64,000 nucleotides of DNA from Terriglobia bacterium. GTDB taxonomy: Bacteria > Acidobacteriota > Terriglobia > 2-12-FULL-54-10. The stretch covers positions 114,760 to 178,759 of the forward strand of contig CBDCTS010000007.1 in assembly GCA_965222345.1 (NCBI GenBank), written 5' to 3'. The notes below the pieces were generated by a model, which was not told the origin of the DNA, searched no databases, and saw only the letters and a program-made list of their open reading frames with translations. Below are positions 1 through 8,684 of this stretch, piece after piece; positions within the stretch are counted from its first letter, which is position 1, and every line of letters begins with the position of its first letter. Made by a program: the position numbers and the translations under genes.

Positions 1-159
1 TGCTCGATCCGGCAGTGGCCCGCGGACGATAAAATGATTATCTCCGTGTACCAGAACGCCCAGCATAGAATTTAATGATCCAAGGGGTGAACCGAACCTC
101 AAACCGTGTAGTCTACGGTCCGTCTCAAATCGCTCCCATTTCTGCTGAAATCAAACACA

Positions 160-1404
160 CTACGGCATCGTCAGCAGCGGCTTCTGACCGGGCGGTAAAT
201 GCTGATCGAAAACCGTCAGAATCAGAGCATCTCCTGCTTGAACCGCCATCAGACCCGCCAGGTCAACTACATTCCTCTCGCCAAAAAGTTTCACCACATT
301 CGCGTAGGTTTCCGGAGTCACTAAATGCTTCCCAAAAACCTCGCGACCCAACTGAATAATCGCCGCTTCTTTTTCACCCAAGCCTGTCAGAGGCTTGCGG
401 TCCCTTACAACGTCTATTATGTAATGCTCCAGGCCTAGCTTGGCGGCTTCCAATTCGTGCATCGTCCACAAGTATTGTTGGTTCAATTCGCGGGCTGTTA
501 TGAGGATCGCTAGTTCCATCAGCCTTCGTCCAAGGTCTGCTTCGATAAGTTCAAGGAACTTGGCACCACCGCTGTGGAGGGATATTTGGTTCGGACCCGT
601 ACCCCAAGGGGCCAGCCTGGGACGATCAGGATTGGATGGCGGCTGCGGGACTTTGATCAAAGGCAGACGGCTCCTAGACTCCGGATGAATATCAGGAGGA
701 GACGCGTCTTCCCATCTGTAAGGAAGCTGAAGAGGAACGATGTGCTTCCAGTCCAGAGGCAAATGTTGATTCACTACGGTGAGTCTCACTGAGGTCCCTG
801 AGTATCGGGCCATTAATGTAACTATATCCACTAGGTTGGCCTTTCCCAAAGCTTTCAAGGCACGCGCATAGGTTTCCGGGGTCACTTTATGTCTTGTAAC
901 CGCTTCGCGGCCTAGTTGGATAATGGCAGCTTCCGTTTCGCCTAGTCCCTTGACCTGTCCTATAAGAGGCTCCTTGAATCTCAGGACGTCGACGATTTCC
1001 TTTTCCAGACCTTGCCGAAGCCCTTCCTCAGCATGGAGCGTCCACTCATACGGCTGATCCGTTTCTGCAGCATTTGTATTGATTGCTAACTCAGTCAAGC
1101 GATGGCCAAGAGGAGAATCGTACCGGACATCTGCCCCTGAGGCGTGAAGCCGTATTCCATCCACTCCCCGGATTCCATCGGGCGATTCAACGGCTTGGTC
1201 GTATGCTTTCCGATTGGCCTCGTCCAGTTCTTCCCTCTCGATCAACGGAAGGCGGTTGAGCGAATCCTGAAAGACATCTTGCGGAAGATCTTCGGTGCCC
1301 ATTTCAGAAGCTGCGCGGTCTGATGAACCACTTCGCTGGCACCCGATGGCCACCATTGTTCCAATCACAAGCGACAGGCCAAACAGAATTCGATAGGATC
1401 TCAT
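160..1404 (-). CDS. Carboxymuconolactone decarboxylase (CMD)-family protein with two tandem homologous domains; predicted lipoprotein
   Basis: The two halves share long similar blocks (EAAIIQLGRE..., VTPETYA..., ...DQHLP). The N-terminus MRSYRILFGLSLVIGTMVAIGC looks like a lipoprotein signal. ATG at 1404 is preceded by AGGAGAAGG. The longer track ORF (to 1443) begins inside the IS end. Confidence 0.7.
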   Translation of the reverse strand: MRSYRILFGLSLVIGTMVAIGCQRSGSSDRAASEMGTEDLPQDVFQDSLNRLPLIEREELDEANRKAYDQAVESPDGIRGVDGIRLHASGADVRYDSPLGHRLTELAINTNAAETDQPYEWTLHAEEGLRQGLEKEIVDVLRFKEPLIGQVKGLGETEAAIIQLGREAVTRHKVTPETYARALKALGKANLVDIVTLMARYSGTSVRLTVVNQHLPLDWKHIVPLQLPYRWEDASPPDIHPESRSRLPLIKVPQPPSNPDRPRLAPWGTGPNQISLHSGGAKFLELIEADLGRRLMELAILITARELNQQYLWTMHELEAAKLGLEHYIIDVVRDRKPLTGLGEKEAAIIQLGREVFGKHLVTPETYANVVKLFGERNVVDLAGLMAVQAGDALILTVFDQHLPPGQKPLLTMP

Positions 1405-1433
1405 GTTCCTTCTCCTGTCTGAAGTCTTTAAAA

Positions 1434-2901
1434 TCGGAATCATTTTATGGGGTGCCGCAGGCTAGGCTATCCCGACGGAAGCGACAGCCCATTTATCCGC
1501 CCCAGCATGCTGGCAAACAGCCGCCGAGTCAGATGGCTCTCTGCCAGCAATAGCCAATAGTAGCGGGCATGCTTAATTAGGCGTCCTCCGGTTTTCACCA
1601 ACCGCTGCTGCAAGCTCGTCAAGGACCAGTTTCCGATTCTCTGTGGCAGAACCAGTCGCCGCCATAGGTTGCCGAGATTATAGGCAATGATGGTGAGCCA
1701 CAGCCGGACCTCGTTCGACCGGAACCGGTGACAACTGAGCCGCGTCATCTTCACCGCCTGTTTGCCTTCCTTGATCCACTGCTCGGCCGTACCGCGCTTG
1801 TTGTAAAACCGCACCTCCGCCCGACTTGGCAGAGTCAAGTTCGTCACGATGAATCCCACTCGCGGGAACAGCTCTCCCTGGTGATGTTCCACCTTGGCAA
1901 CGACCCGTCTCGCCTTACCCCAACTCGCTGCTTGATAGAGAAAGCCCTTGTACTCCACCAACGGCTTCACACTGGGTCTTCCCACCGGCCGAGTCAGCAA
2001 CTCCTCAATGTCCCGCTGTAGGCTATCGTTGGCCGGGATGCGGATGGCGTACTTTACCTCCCGCTCCTCCAGAGCCTCGTAGATCTCCGGTTTGGCAAAG
2101 GCCGCGTCGGCACGAAACACTACTTCCTTGCCCAGCTTCTGCTGCCGCTCGATCTCCGGCAGGAGAAGTTCTTCCCAGTCATCGGCGCTGTGGACGTTAC
2201 CGGGTCGCAGCTTGGCCGCCAAACAGTCACCCTCGCGATTGAACAGCAACAACGGGTGATAGCAGCTCGACTCGAAATGCCCGTTGTAGGCGCTATTCTC
2301 CTGTTCGCCGTAGACCGGAATCTCGGTCGAGTCCATGTCCAGCACTGTTCGGTGCGGCGAATCGATTGCTTCTGCCCTGCCGATCAGCTCTCGGTTCACC
2401 CGTGCCAGCCCCGCGAAGTTTTCCTCCTCAGCCAGAAGTTCCGTCTCGAAGGTTTGCAACCGGGACGGCAGTGCTGCCCCTCGATCCCAGATCTTCTCGG
2501 AACCGATTAGCCGGAAGGTCGGATCTCGTGAGAGTTGCTCGGCATCGTTCACGTCCTCGTACCCAGCCAGGCGACTGTACACGGACTGCCGTAGAAGGTC
2601 TGCAAAAGAAAACCGCGCATTGTTTGCTCTAGAGTCCGTCAGGTGTTGTTCGATGAGGTCTCCGAATCCCAATCGCTCGTCCAACTCGCGCACCAGAATC
2701 AGTCCACCGTTGGAAGTCACCCGCGATCCCTGAAAAGCGACCCGCAGAAACCGGTTGAACGACAGCTGAAATCCCTGTTTTTGGCTCTCACCCATTAGGT
2801 TTACACCTCCAGAAGGCAATATTGACGCTGGAACCAGCATCAATATTGATGTTGGAGGTTAGTCGATGGTTGCTTCTACGATTTCAAACTGGAAATGCGG
2901 G
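1434..2901 (-). mobile_element. IS1380-family insertion sequence, copy 1 (about 1468 bp)
   Basis: Limits were set by where similarity to the second copy (51956-53423) starts and stops. It is flanked by TTTAAA(A) at 1427-1433 and 2902-2908. It contains one DDE transposase gene. Confidence 0.8.
1467..2795 (-). CDS. IS1380-family DDE transposase
   Basis: N-terminal GSRVTSNGGLILVRELDERLGF and the DMDSTEIPVYGEQE...YNGHF...CYHPL block are typical of IS1380/DDE_Tnp_1_3 transposases. ATG at 2795 follows GGAGGT. Confidence 0.85.
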   Translation of the reverse strand: MGESQKQGFQLSFNRFLRVAFQGSRVTSNGGLILVRELDERLGFGDLIEQHLTDSRANNARFSFADLLRQSVYSRLAGYEDVNDAEQLSRDPTFRLIGSEKIWDRGAALPSRLQTFETELLAEEENFAGLARVNRELIGRAEAIDSPHRTVLDMDSTEIPVYGEQENSAYNGHFESSCYHPLLLFNREGDCLAAKLRPGNVHSADDWEELLLPEIERQQKLGKEVVFRADAAFAKPEIYEALEEREVKYAIRIPANDSLQRDIEELLTRPVGRPSVKPLVEYKGFLYQAASWGKARRVVAKVEHHQGELFPRVGFIVTNLTLPSRAEVRFYNKRGTAEQWIKEGKQAVKMTRLSCHRFRSNEVRLWLTIIAYNLGNLWRRLVLPQRIGNWSLTSLQQRLVKTGGRLIKHARYYWLLLAESHLTRRLFASMLGRINGLSLPSG

Positions 2902-3337
2902 TTTAAAAGAGGTTAAGAAATCCGACCCTCTCGTAAAGACTCTGGTACGTCAACGCGGGTCAGCGATCGCGCACGTTAGTAAAAAGAACATCGCCACAGG
3001 TTCCTCTGGCTTTACGGATTATCCAATGAGGCGTGCTGATTGGGAGGTCTTGCTGGAACGAGCGGAATCGATTATCAATCGGTATAGCATTCTCCAGACT
3101 GGAGAAGGGTTCGCCTTTCTCAGTATTCAAAGCCAAGATTTTCAGGTAGTGCTTGATGACATTCGTCGAGGAAGGGTCTGACCCATCAACCTGTGCAGGT
3201 TCAGTACATGTGGGACTGTGGGAGGTAAACGAGTACGATACTGCTCCTGCAAGCCGTGCGCGGCGGAGGACTGCGGGATAGCCACCGTTTGCCGGGCGTA
3301 CAAGCAGGGCAGGCGTTTCCGCTCGCCCTCCTGAGGG

Positions 3338-4038
3338 ACAGGCCGAAATGCCTGTACGCTACCTGTACACCCTAGCCGACAGGCAAGTGCAGGCCTTTAG
3401 CCTACATTCTACAAGGCAGGCAGGAATGCCTGCCCTACCTGGCAAGCAACCCGAAACGCGGTCAATTCGGAATTCTCGGAATGTTCGGAACATTCGGTTC
3501 CCTCGGTAGATTCGGTTCCTTCGGTTCCTTCGGAATTCTCGGAAGAATTTTGTTGCTCCCGGAATAGGCGCAAGGGACAATCGGGCCGGAGGGCGTTTGT
3601 GAGGCTTACGGGGGGAGAGGGGCGGGAAGAAATAAGTTTTTTTGCAAAACGAACCCATTGCAAAACTTCTGATATCCAGCTATCCAATTGCATAATAAAG
3701 AGATATGAGATATGCAGAAGATCGGACATTGGCTTCGTTATTGGCTTTGTTATGCGAAAAAGGTCCTAGAAAGCCAACCGAAGCCATTCATTAAGGGGTT
3801 AGGTAGGTTGCGTGCGATTGGAAAGCAAGAGACAAGTACAGGCCAGGGGGCCTGTACTCTAAGGGGACAGGCAGGAATGCCTGTCGCTACCTAGCCGACC
3901 GGGGCCACTGATCGGGGGGGGTAGGTGGGGCAGGATGGAGCACAGGGCTGCCGGCCTGTGCTCTCTACAGGGCAGGCAAGAATGCCTACCCTACCTAAGG
4001 CATGAATGCTTGTCGGTACCTGAATGCCTGTCGCTACC
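3338..4038. repeat. Cluster of REP-like hairpin repeats (core GGCAGGCA-GGAA-TGCCTGCC or GACAGGCA-GGAA-TGCCTGTC, followed by CTACC/GCTACC)
   Basis: Copies or variants lie at about 3338-3363, 3415-3439, 3836-3857, 3866-3891, 3940-3961 and 3970-3995, with half-sites to 4038. All are in a 900-bp region with no credible gene. Confidence 0.75.
3466..3546. repeat. Nine tandem 9-bp units (YTCGGWWNN)
   Basis: The units read ttcggaatt ctcggaatg ttcggaaca ttcggttcc ctcggtaga ttcggttcc ttcggttcc ttcggaatt ctcggaaga. The terminal 20-mer TTCGGAATTCTCGGAAGAAT is identical to the end of the array at 44761-44816. Confidence 0.9.
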
Positions 4039-4089
4039 TGACGCCGTGGCGGTACTACACCTTTACGAGAAATTCTCCAGCCTCCGGCA

Positions 4090-5103
4090 TTATCCTTTCG
4101 GCAGCTTGAGCAAGCGGCGGGCATTCTGCTCGTAGATTTTCTCCCGGTCCGAGGGAGCCAGCGTCGCAGCCTCAATGGCACGGATGGTCTCGCGGATGAA
4201 TCCGGGGCCTTTTTCCGGGTCAAAGGGCATATCGGAGCCGAACAGCACCTGGTCCACCCCAAAGAAAGCGATGCCGCACTCCAGCGGCCCCACCGCGCCG
4301 AATACTGCCGTATCGGCATAGAACTTCCGGAAATAGTCCAGCGGACGGCCCTTCAGGTTGCTTTTCACCAAGTGGCTGTCGGCCTCCGGCGTGCGGGCTC
4401 CCAACTGGTCCAGGCCCGGTCCCACGCGGCCCTCAAAGTAGGGCACCATCGCGCCCGTGTGATGCGTGATGATCTTGAGGTTGGGAAAGGCGTCAAACAA
4501 TCCGGAAAAAACGATGCGGCCCATCGCGACGCTGGTTTCATAGGGCCATCCGAAGACCCACCACATCTCATAGCGGGACTTTTCTTCCGATGCGTAATCG
4601 GAAAACGAGGCAGGGCGGGCCGGATGCAGCCAGATGGGCAGGTCGTGCGCGGCCATCTTCTCAAACAGAGGCCGGAATTCGGGCTCATCCAGAGGCCGTC
4701 CGTTGACGTTGCTGAATACCTGGACGCCCCGGGCTTTGAGGTCCAGGACGGCGCGGTCCAGCTCCGCGAGGCAGGCATCTATGTTGTTCATCGGCAATGA
4801 GGCCACAAAGGCCGGGAAGCGGTCCGGGTGCTTGGCCACCAGTTCCGCCATGCCGTCATTGGCAATGCGCGCCAGCTCGGGGGAAGACTGGGGGTCTCCA
4901 AAAACCTCCAGCGGCGGCGAAGCCAACGTGAGGACCTGCTGGTAGTCGGCGAACTGGTCCATCATGCGGAACCGCAGCTCCAGGTCGGCGAGGACGGGGA
5001 TTTCGCGCACCCGCTTCTGCATGTAACCGGCGCGTTCGGAGAGCTTCATCATCTTTTCGTAAAAGGCGGTGGGAAATATGTGCGGGAAGATGTCCAGTTT
5101 CAT
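4090..5103 (-). CDS. Amidohydrolase-2 family metal-dependent hydrolase/decarboxylase (ACMSD-like)
   Basis: Length (337 aa) and overall sequence pattern resemble amidohydrolase_2 proteins. AGGAGG precedes the ATG. Confidence 0.75.
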   Translation of the reverse strand: MKLDIFPHIFPTAFYEKMMKLSERAGYMQKRVREIPVLADLELRFRMMDQFADYQQVLTLASPPLEVFGDPQSSPELARIANDGMAELVAKHPDRFPAFVASLPMNNIDACLAELDRAVLDLKARGVQVFSNVNGRPLDEPEFRPLFEKMAAHDLPIWLHPARPASFSDYASEEKSRYEMWWVFGWPYETSVAMGRIVFSGLFDAFPNLKIITHHTGAMVPYFEGRVGPGLDQLGARTPEADSHLVKSNLKGRPLDYFRKFYADTAVFGAVGPLECGIAFFGVDQVLFGSDMPFDPEKGPGFIRETIRAIEAATLAPSDREKIYEQNARRLLKLPKG

Positions 5104-5198
5104 GGTGACCTCCTAGTCAAAAGTTTCTGGTATTCGGGTTGATTCCATTGCGCGGCGGTTTCGGAGTATGCCGCGCGTTTTCCTTCTGAATAGCCGGT

Positions 5199-6251
5199 TC
5201 AAGCAGCGGCCTGGGCCATGCCGCGGAGTCGCTGCCAGGTCAACCCCTCGCGGGCAATCAGGGGGAGACCGGGAAGCAGCACGACCATATACGTCAGCAC
5301 CCAGAGCAGGATGGCAACGCTGGAGGCAACCTCCAGCGGCATCCCGAACAATTCCGTGAGCGCTACAAACGTCGCCACCTGCGTTCCGCCGCCAATGCCG
5401 GGAATCAGCAAAAGCGATCCCATCAGGCTGATCACCATAAGCAGCACAATGGCTCCCAGGTCCAGCCGGATCAGCGGCAATCCGAAGGCGTGCGTCGTGC
5501 TCCAGTATGCCAGCACCACCGGAAGCCACACCAGCAACGAGCAGCCGGCTGCGGCCAGGAAGCTGGAAACACTCTTGATGCCTGCCAAGCCGCCCGCGAA
5601 ATTCCCCAACATCGTTCGGAGACGTTCTCGGTACCGTTCCGGCAGCAACCCCGCAAACCTTAGAATAGAGCCGATCGTGGTCCGCGCGTGGGTGCGCAAG
5701 AGCACCAGCAGCGCCGCCGCCAGCACAGCGCCTCCCCACAGCACTATTCCGCCCGTCTGCAAATGAGCCATCGTCTGCGAACCGCCGACAATGAGATCCG
5801 GGGCAGGGGGAAACAGCAGCAGTACGACTCCCATCAGAGCGCCCAGCGTGAGAGAGTCAAAGACCCGCTCCAGGGTCCAGACAGCCAGTTGGGAGGATAC
5901 ACCAAGACTCTCCTTGCGGGCGATCAAGAAGGGCCGCACGAACTCTCCCGGACGTCCCACCAGAGCCACCGCTGAAAAGCCAATCAAGGTGGAAACAAAG
6001 ATATTGCCCAGATTCCCTTTTCTCATTGGGAGAAGGAAGGCGCGCCACCGGATGCTGCGAAAAAAATAGCTGGCGAAGATCATGAGGGCGGCAAACAGCG
6101 CATAGGACACCCGCACTTGAACCAAGCTCTGCCAAAAGCGGGCAGTCTGAAACTGCTGCCATTCCGGGTTGGTCATCAGCCTGTGGGCAACATAGGCTCC
6201 CAAAACAAGCAGCAGAACCATCGTGCCCAGCACTTTCACTCGATACGTCAT
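5199..6251 (-). CDS. Flippase-like / lysylphosphatidylglycerol-synthase-TM-region family membrane protein
   Basis: Polytopic membrane protein of 350 aa. The FRSIRWRAFL motif after TM2 is typical of the UPF0104/LPG_synthase_TM family. Confidence 0.65.
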   Translation of the reverse strand: MTYRVKVLGTMVLLLVLGAYVAHRLMTNPEWQQFQTARFWQSLVQVRVSYALFAALMIFASYFFRSIRWRAFLLPMRKGNLGNIFVSTLIGFSAVALVGRPGEFVRPFLIARKESLGVSSQLAVWTLERVFDSLTLGALMGVVLLLFPPAPDLIVGGSQTMAHLQTGGIVLWGGAVLAAALLVLLRTHARTTIGSILRFAGLLPERYRERLRTMLGNFAGGLAGIKSVSSFLAAAGCSLLVWLPVVLAYWSTTHAFGLPLIRLDLGAIVLLMVISLMGSLLLIPGIGGGTQVATFVALTELFGMPLEVASSVAILLWVLTYMVVLLPGLPLIAREGLTWQRLRGMAQAAA

Positions 6252-6797
6252 ACAAGAGAACGTGAACGGCCGCTAAGGGAACATTTCAGCGGTCATTTCT
6301 CCGGTACCGGGCGTGAACCTTCCGGCGTTTTCATCCAGAACCCAGTATCGCGGAGAACACACCACAGGGTGAATTCTTCCTTTTGCACTATTCCTGTTGA
6401 ACAAGAAACAGACGGTGGGTCTTTTCTTCCGCCACACCTGCCGCTATTCCGAACAAATTTCCCGAATCGACTTGCCGAACAGATGTACAAAACAACAGAC
6501 GGCAATGACGCGCGAAACACCGGCAGCAGCCGGAATGTTTCCATTTCAGGGTAGGATTATACAGTTGCTCCGCTCCGTTATCCAGTGGGTTTACGGTGCG
6601 CGCTCCACTGAAACCCGCGGTCGGGAATTACCTTCGGCAAAAGGAACCCGGCTTCCCTGACTCCCTGCTTTCCTGCATGCACGATGAATGCCAACCCATC
6701 GAGCCATTTCTCTTCCGTGGCCCCGTGGATTGGCCTTATCAAATTGGCGACAGGAAAGCTGTGCGAGAACAGCTCGGCGAAGAGGCGCGCGGCGGGA

Positions 6798-7154
6798 CTA
6801 AACCCACTCCAAAGCGCCCTTTTTGTAGACCCAGATGTAGGCGACGATCAGGATGGCCAGGAAAACCCCCATCTCGACTAGGCCGAACAGTCCCAGCATT
6901 TTGAACTGCACAGCCCAAGGAAACAGAAAGATGGTTTCCACGTCGAAAATGACAAAGAGGATGGCGACGATGTAGAAGCGAACGGTGTAGCGCCCCCGCG
7001 AATCCGATTTCGGATCGATGCCGCACTCATAAGGCAGGAGCTTCGCTTTGAACGGAGCATCCGGCCGCACCAGCTTGGCCGCCAGCAAGGTGACGACCGG
7101 AAAGAGCGTGGCGATAATCAGAAAAATGATAACGGGGATGTATTCAGGCGGCAC
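6798..7154 (-). CDS. nuoA: NADH-quinone oxidoreductase subunit A
   Basis: YECGI..., RFYIVAILFVIFDVETIFLFPWA and the C-terminal ...YKKGALEWV are NuoA hallmarks. The start is set at an in-frame GTG giving 118 aa, which is uncertain; the track ORF extends to 7289. Confidence 0.8.
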   Translation of the reverse strand: MPPEYIPVIIFLIIATLFPVVTLLAAKLVRPDAPFKAKLLPYECGIDPKSDSRGRYTVRFYIVAILFVIFDVETIFLFPWAVQFKMLGLFGLVEMGVFLAILIVAYIWVYKKGALEWV

Positions 7155-7451
7155 AGTTTCGCTTCCTGGCTCGGTGTAATAGAGAGCGCCATTGTACCAC
7201 AACTTCGGGCAGCACAAATCCAGGCGGTTTGTCCAGCACCTCATACGGCGGGAGATACTTTCTGGAACAACACATGCAATGGGCAGCATTGCGCATCCCT
7301 ATAGGGACAACTATAATCCAGGTGAATTTCCCCGGCGGCAGGTCTTCCGGCAAGGAGCCGGAACGGGTTCCCAACGGATTGGGCAGGCCGCATTTGCAAA
7401 CCTTCCACCTGTCAAGCAGCGTGCGAAGAATCTTAGTGAAGGGGGATCGCT

Positions 7452-8606
7452 ATGGATTTTGACCTGAATGAGGAGCTGCAAGCCATCCAGCAAGCCGCGC
7501 GGGAGTTTGCCGAAAAAGAAGTCGCCCCGACGGTGGATGAGGACGACCGGGAACATCGTTTCCGCAAGGACCTTGTTCAAAAAATGGGCGAGCTGGGATT
7601 CTTCGGCTGCGTGATCCCGGAGGAGTACGAAGGCACGGATTCCGGGTTCGTCTCCCTGGTCATCATTACCGAAGAGCTTGCGCGTATCCACAGCTCCTTG
7701 CGGGTCGCGATGAATATGCAGATCGGCCCCGCCCGGACTCTGATCGAGTACGGCAACGAAGAGCAGAAGAAGCGATTCGTCCCAAAGATCGCCACCGCGG
7801 AAGTGATCAGTTGTTTTGCCATCACCGAACCAGACGCAGGCTCGGACGTGGCTTCCATGCGGACCCGCGCCACGCTGGAGGGCGATCACTACCTGCTGAA
7901 CGGCAGCAAGACGTGGATATCAAACGCCCAGGTGGCCGACGTAGCTCTGGTCTATGCCGTTACGGACCCGGAAAAGAAGCACCGAGGCATATCTGCGTTC
8001 ATGGTGGAGATGCACCAGCCAGGTGTCAGCTCCAAACCTCTGGCCGAAAAGTTGGGCGCGAACGCTTCCCCGACAGGGGAATTGTTCTTCGACAATTGCA
8101 AGGTGCCGAAGGAAAACCTGATCGGCAAGGAAGGGGAAGGCTTCAAGATCTGCATGGCGGAGTTGAACCATACGCGGCTCTCCTGCGGCGCCGGAGCCGT
8201 CGGCGTGGCACGCGCTTGCCGCGAGGCATCGGTCTCCTACGCCAATCAGCGGGTGCAGTTCGGCCAGAAGATCGGGGAGTTTCAGATGATCCAGGATATG
8301 ATCGCGCAGATGGTGGTGCAAGAGGATGCCGCCCGTCTCCTGCTGTACCGCGCCGGCACTCTGAAGGACCAGGGCCGGCCTAACAACCTGGAGACCTCCA
8401 TAGCGAAGTATTACGCCGGAGAGCTCGCCGCCTTTTCGTCCGACTGCGCCCTGAAGATATACGGGGCTTACGGCTATTCCAAAGAGTACCCCGTGGAGCG
8501 CTACTTCCGCGATTCCCGCTCCTACCAGATCGTGGAAGGCTCGGCCAATATCCAGAAGCTGATCATCGCGCAGGATGCTCTAGGGTATCGCAAGGCCAAT
8601 CGCTAA
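7452..8606 (+). CDS. Acyl-CoA dehydrogenase (short/medium-chain or glutaryl-CoA-DH-like)
   Basis: FAITEPDAGSD, GSKTWISNA and C-terminal YQIVEGSANIQ (catalytic Glu context) are present. Length is 384 aa. Confidence 0.9.
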   Translation: MDFDLNEELQAIQQAAREFAEKEVAPTVDEDDREHRFRKDLVQKMGELGFFGCVIPEEYEGTDSGFVSLVIITEELARIHSSLRVAMNMQIGPARTLIEYGNEEQKKRFVPKIATAEVISCFAITEPDAGSDVASMRTRATLEGDHYLLNGSKTWISNAQVADVALVYAVTDPEKKHRGISAFMVEMHQPGVSSKPLAEKLGANASPTGELFFDNCKVPKENLIGKEGEGFKICMAELNHTRLSCGAGAVGVARACREASVSYANQRVQFGQKIGEFQMIQDMIAQMVVQEDAARLLLYRAGTLKDQGRPNNLETSIAKYYAGELAAFSSDCALKIYGAYGYSKEYPVERYFRDSRSYQIVEGSANIQKLIIAQDALGYRKANR

Positions 8607-8684
8607 AATAAACCGGGGGCTGTCCGGCAGGAAAACCGAATCGCCCAGCGGCCAGTCAGCCAGACGTAATCAGGAGGACAAGCT

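Noticed and set aside
1-66. The 5-prime end of a minus-strand gene (MLGVLVHGDNHFIVRGPLPDRA...) running off the window
   Set aside because: Only 22 codons are visible, with no RBS and no family I can name with confidence. It may be real but cannot be supported from this window.
2902-3181. A plus-strand ORF (track 2822-3181) as a gene disrupted by the IS
   Set aside because: The only start codon outside the IS is the ATG at 3028, giving 51 aa with no RBS. Joining the flanks across the IS puts the upstream continuation antisense to the CMD-family gene. No family was recognised, so support is insufficient.
3466-3546. A CRISPR array or iteron-type replication origin
   Set aside because: The units are 9 bp, contiguous and without spacers. 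No cas, rep or dnaA-type genes are nearby, and there is no leader. The structure is a short-period tandem repeat, not a repeat-spacer array.
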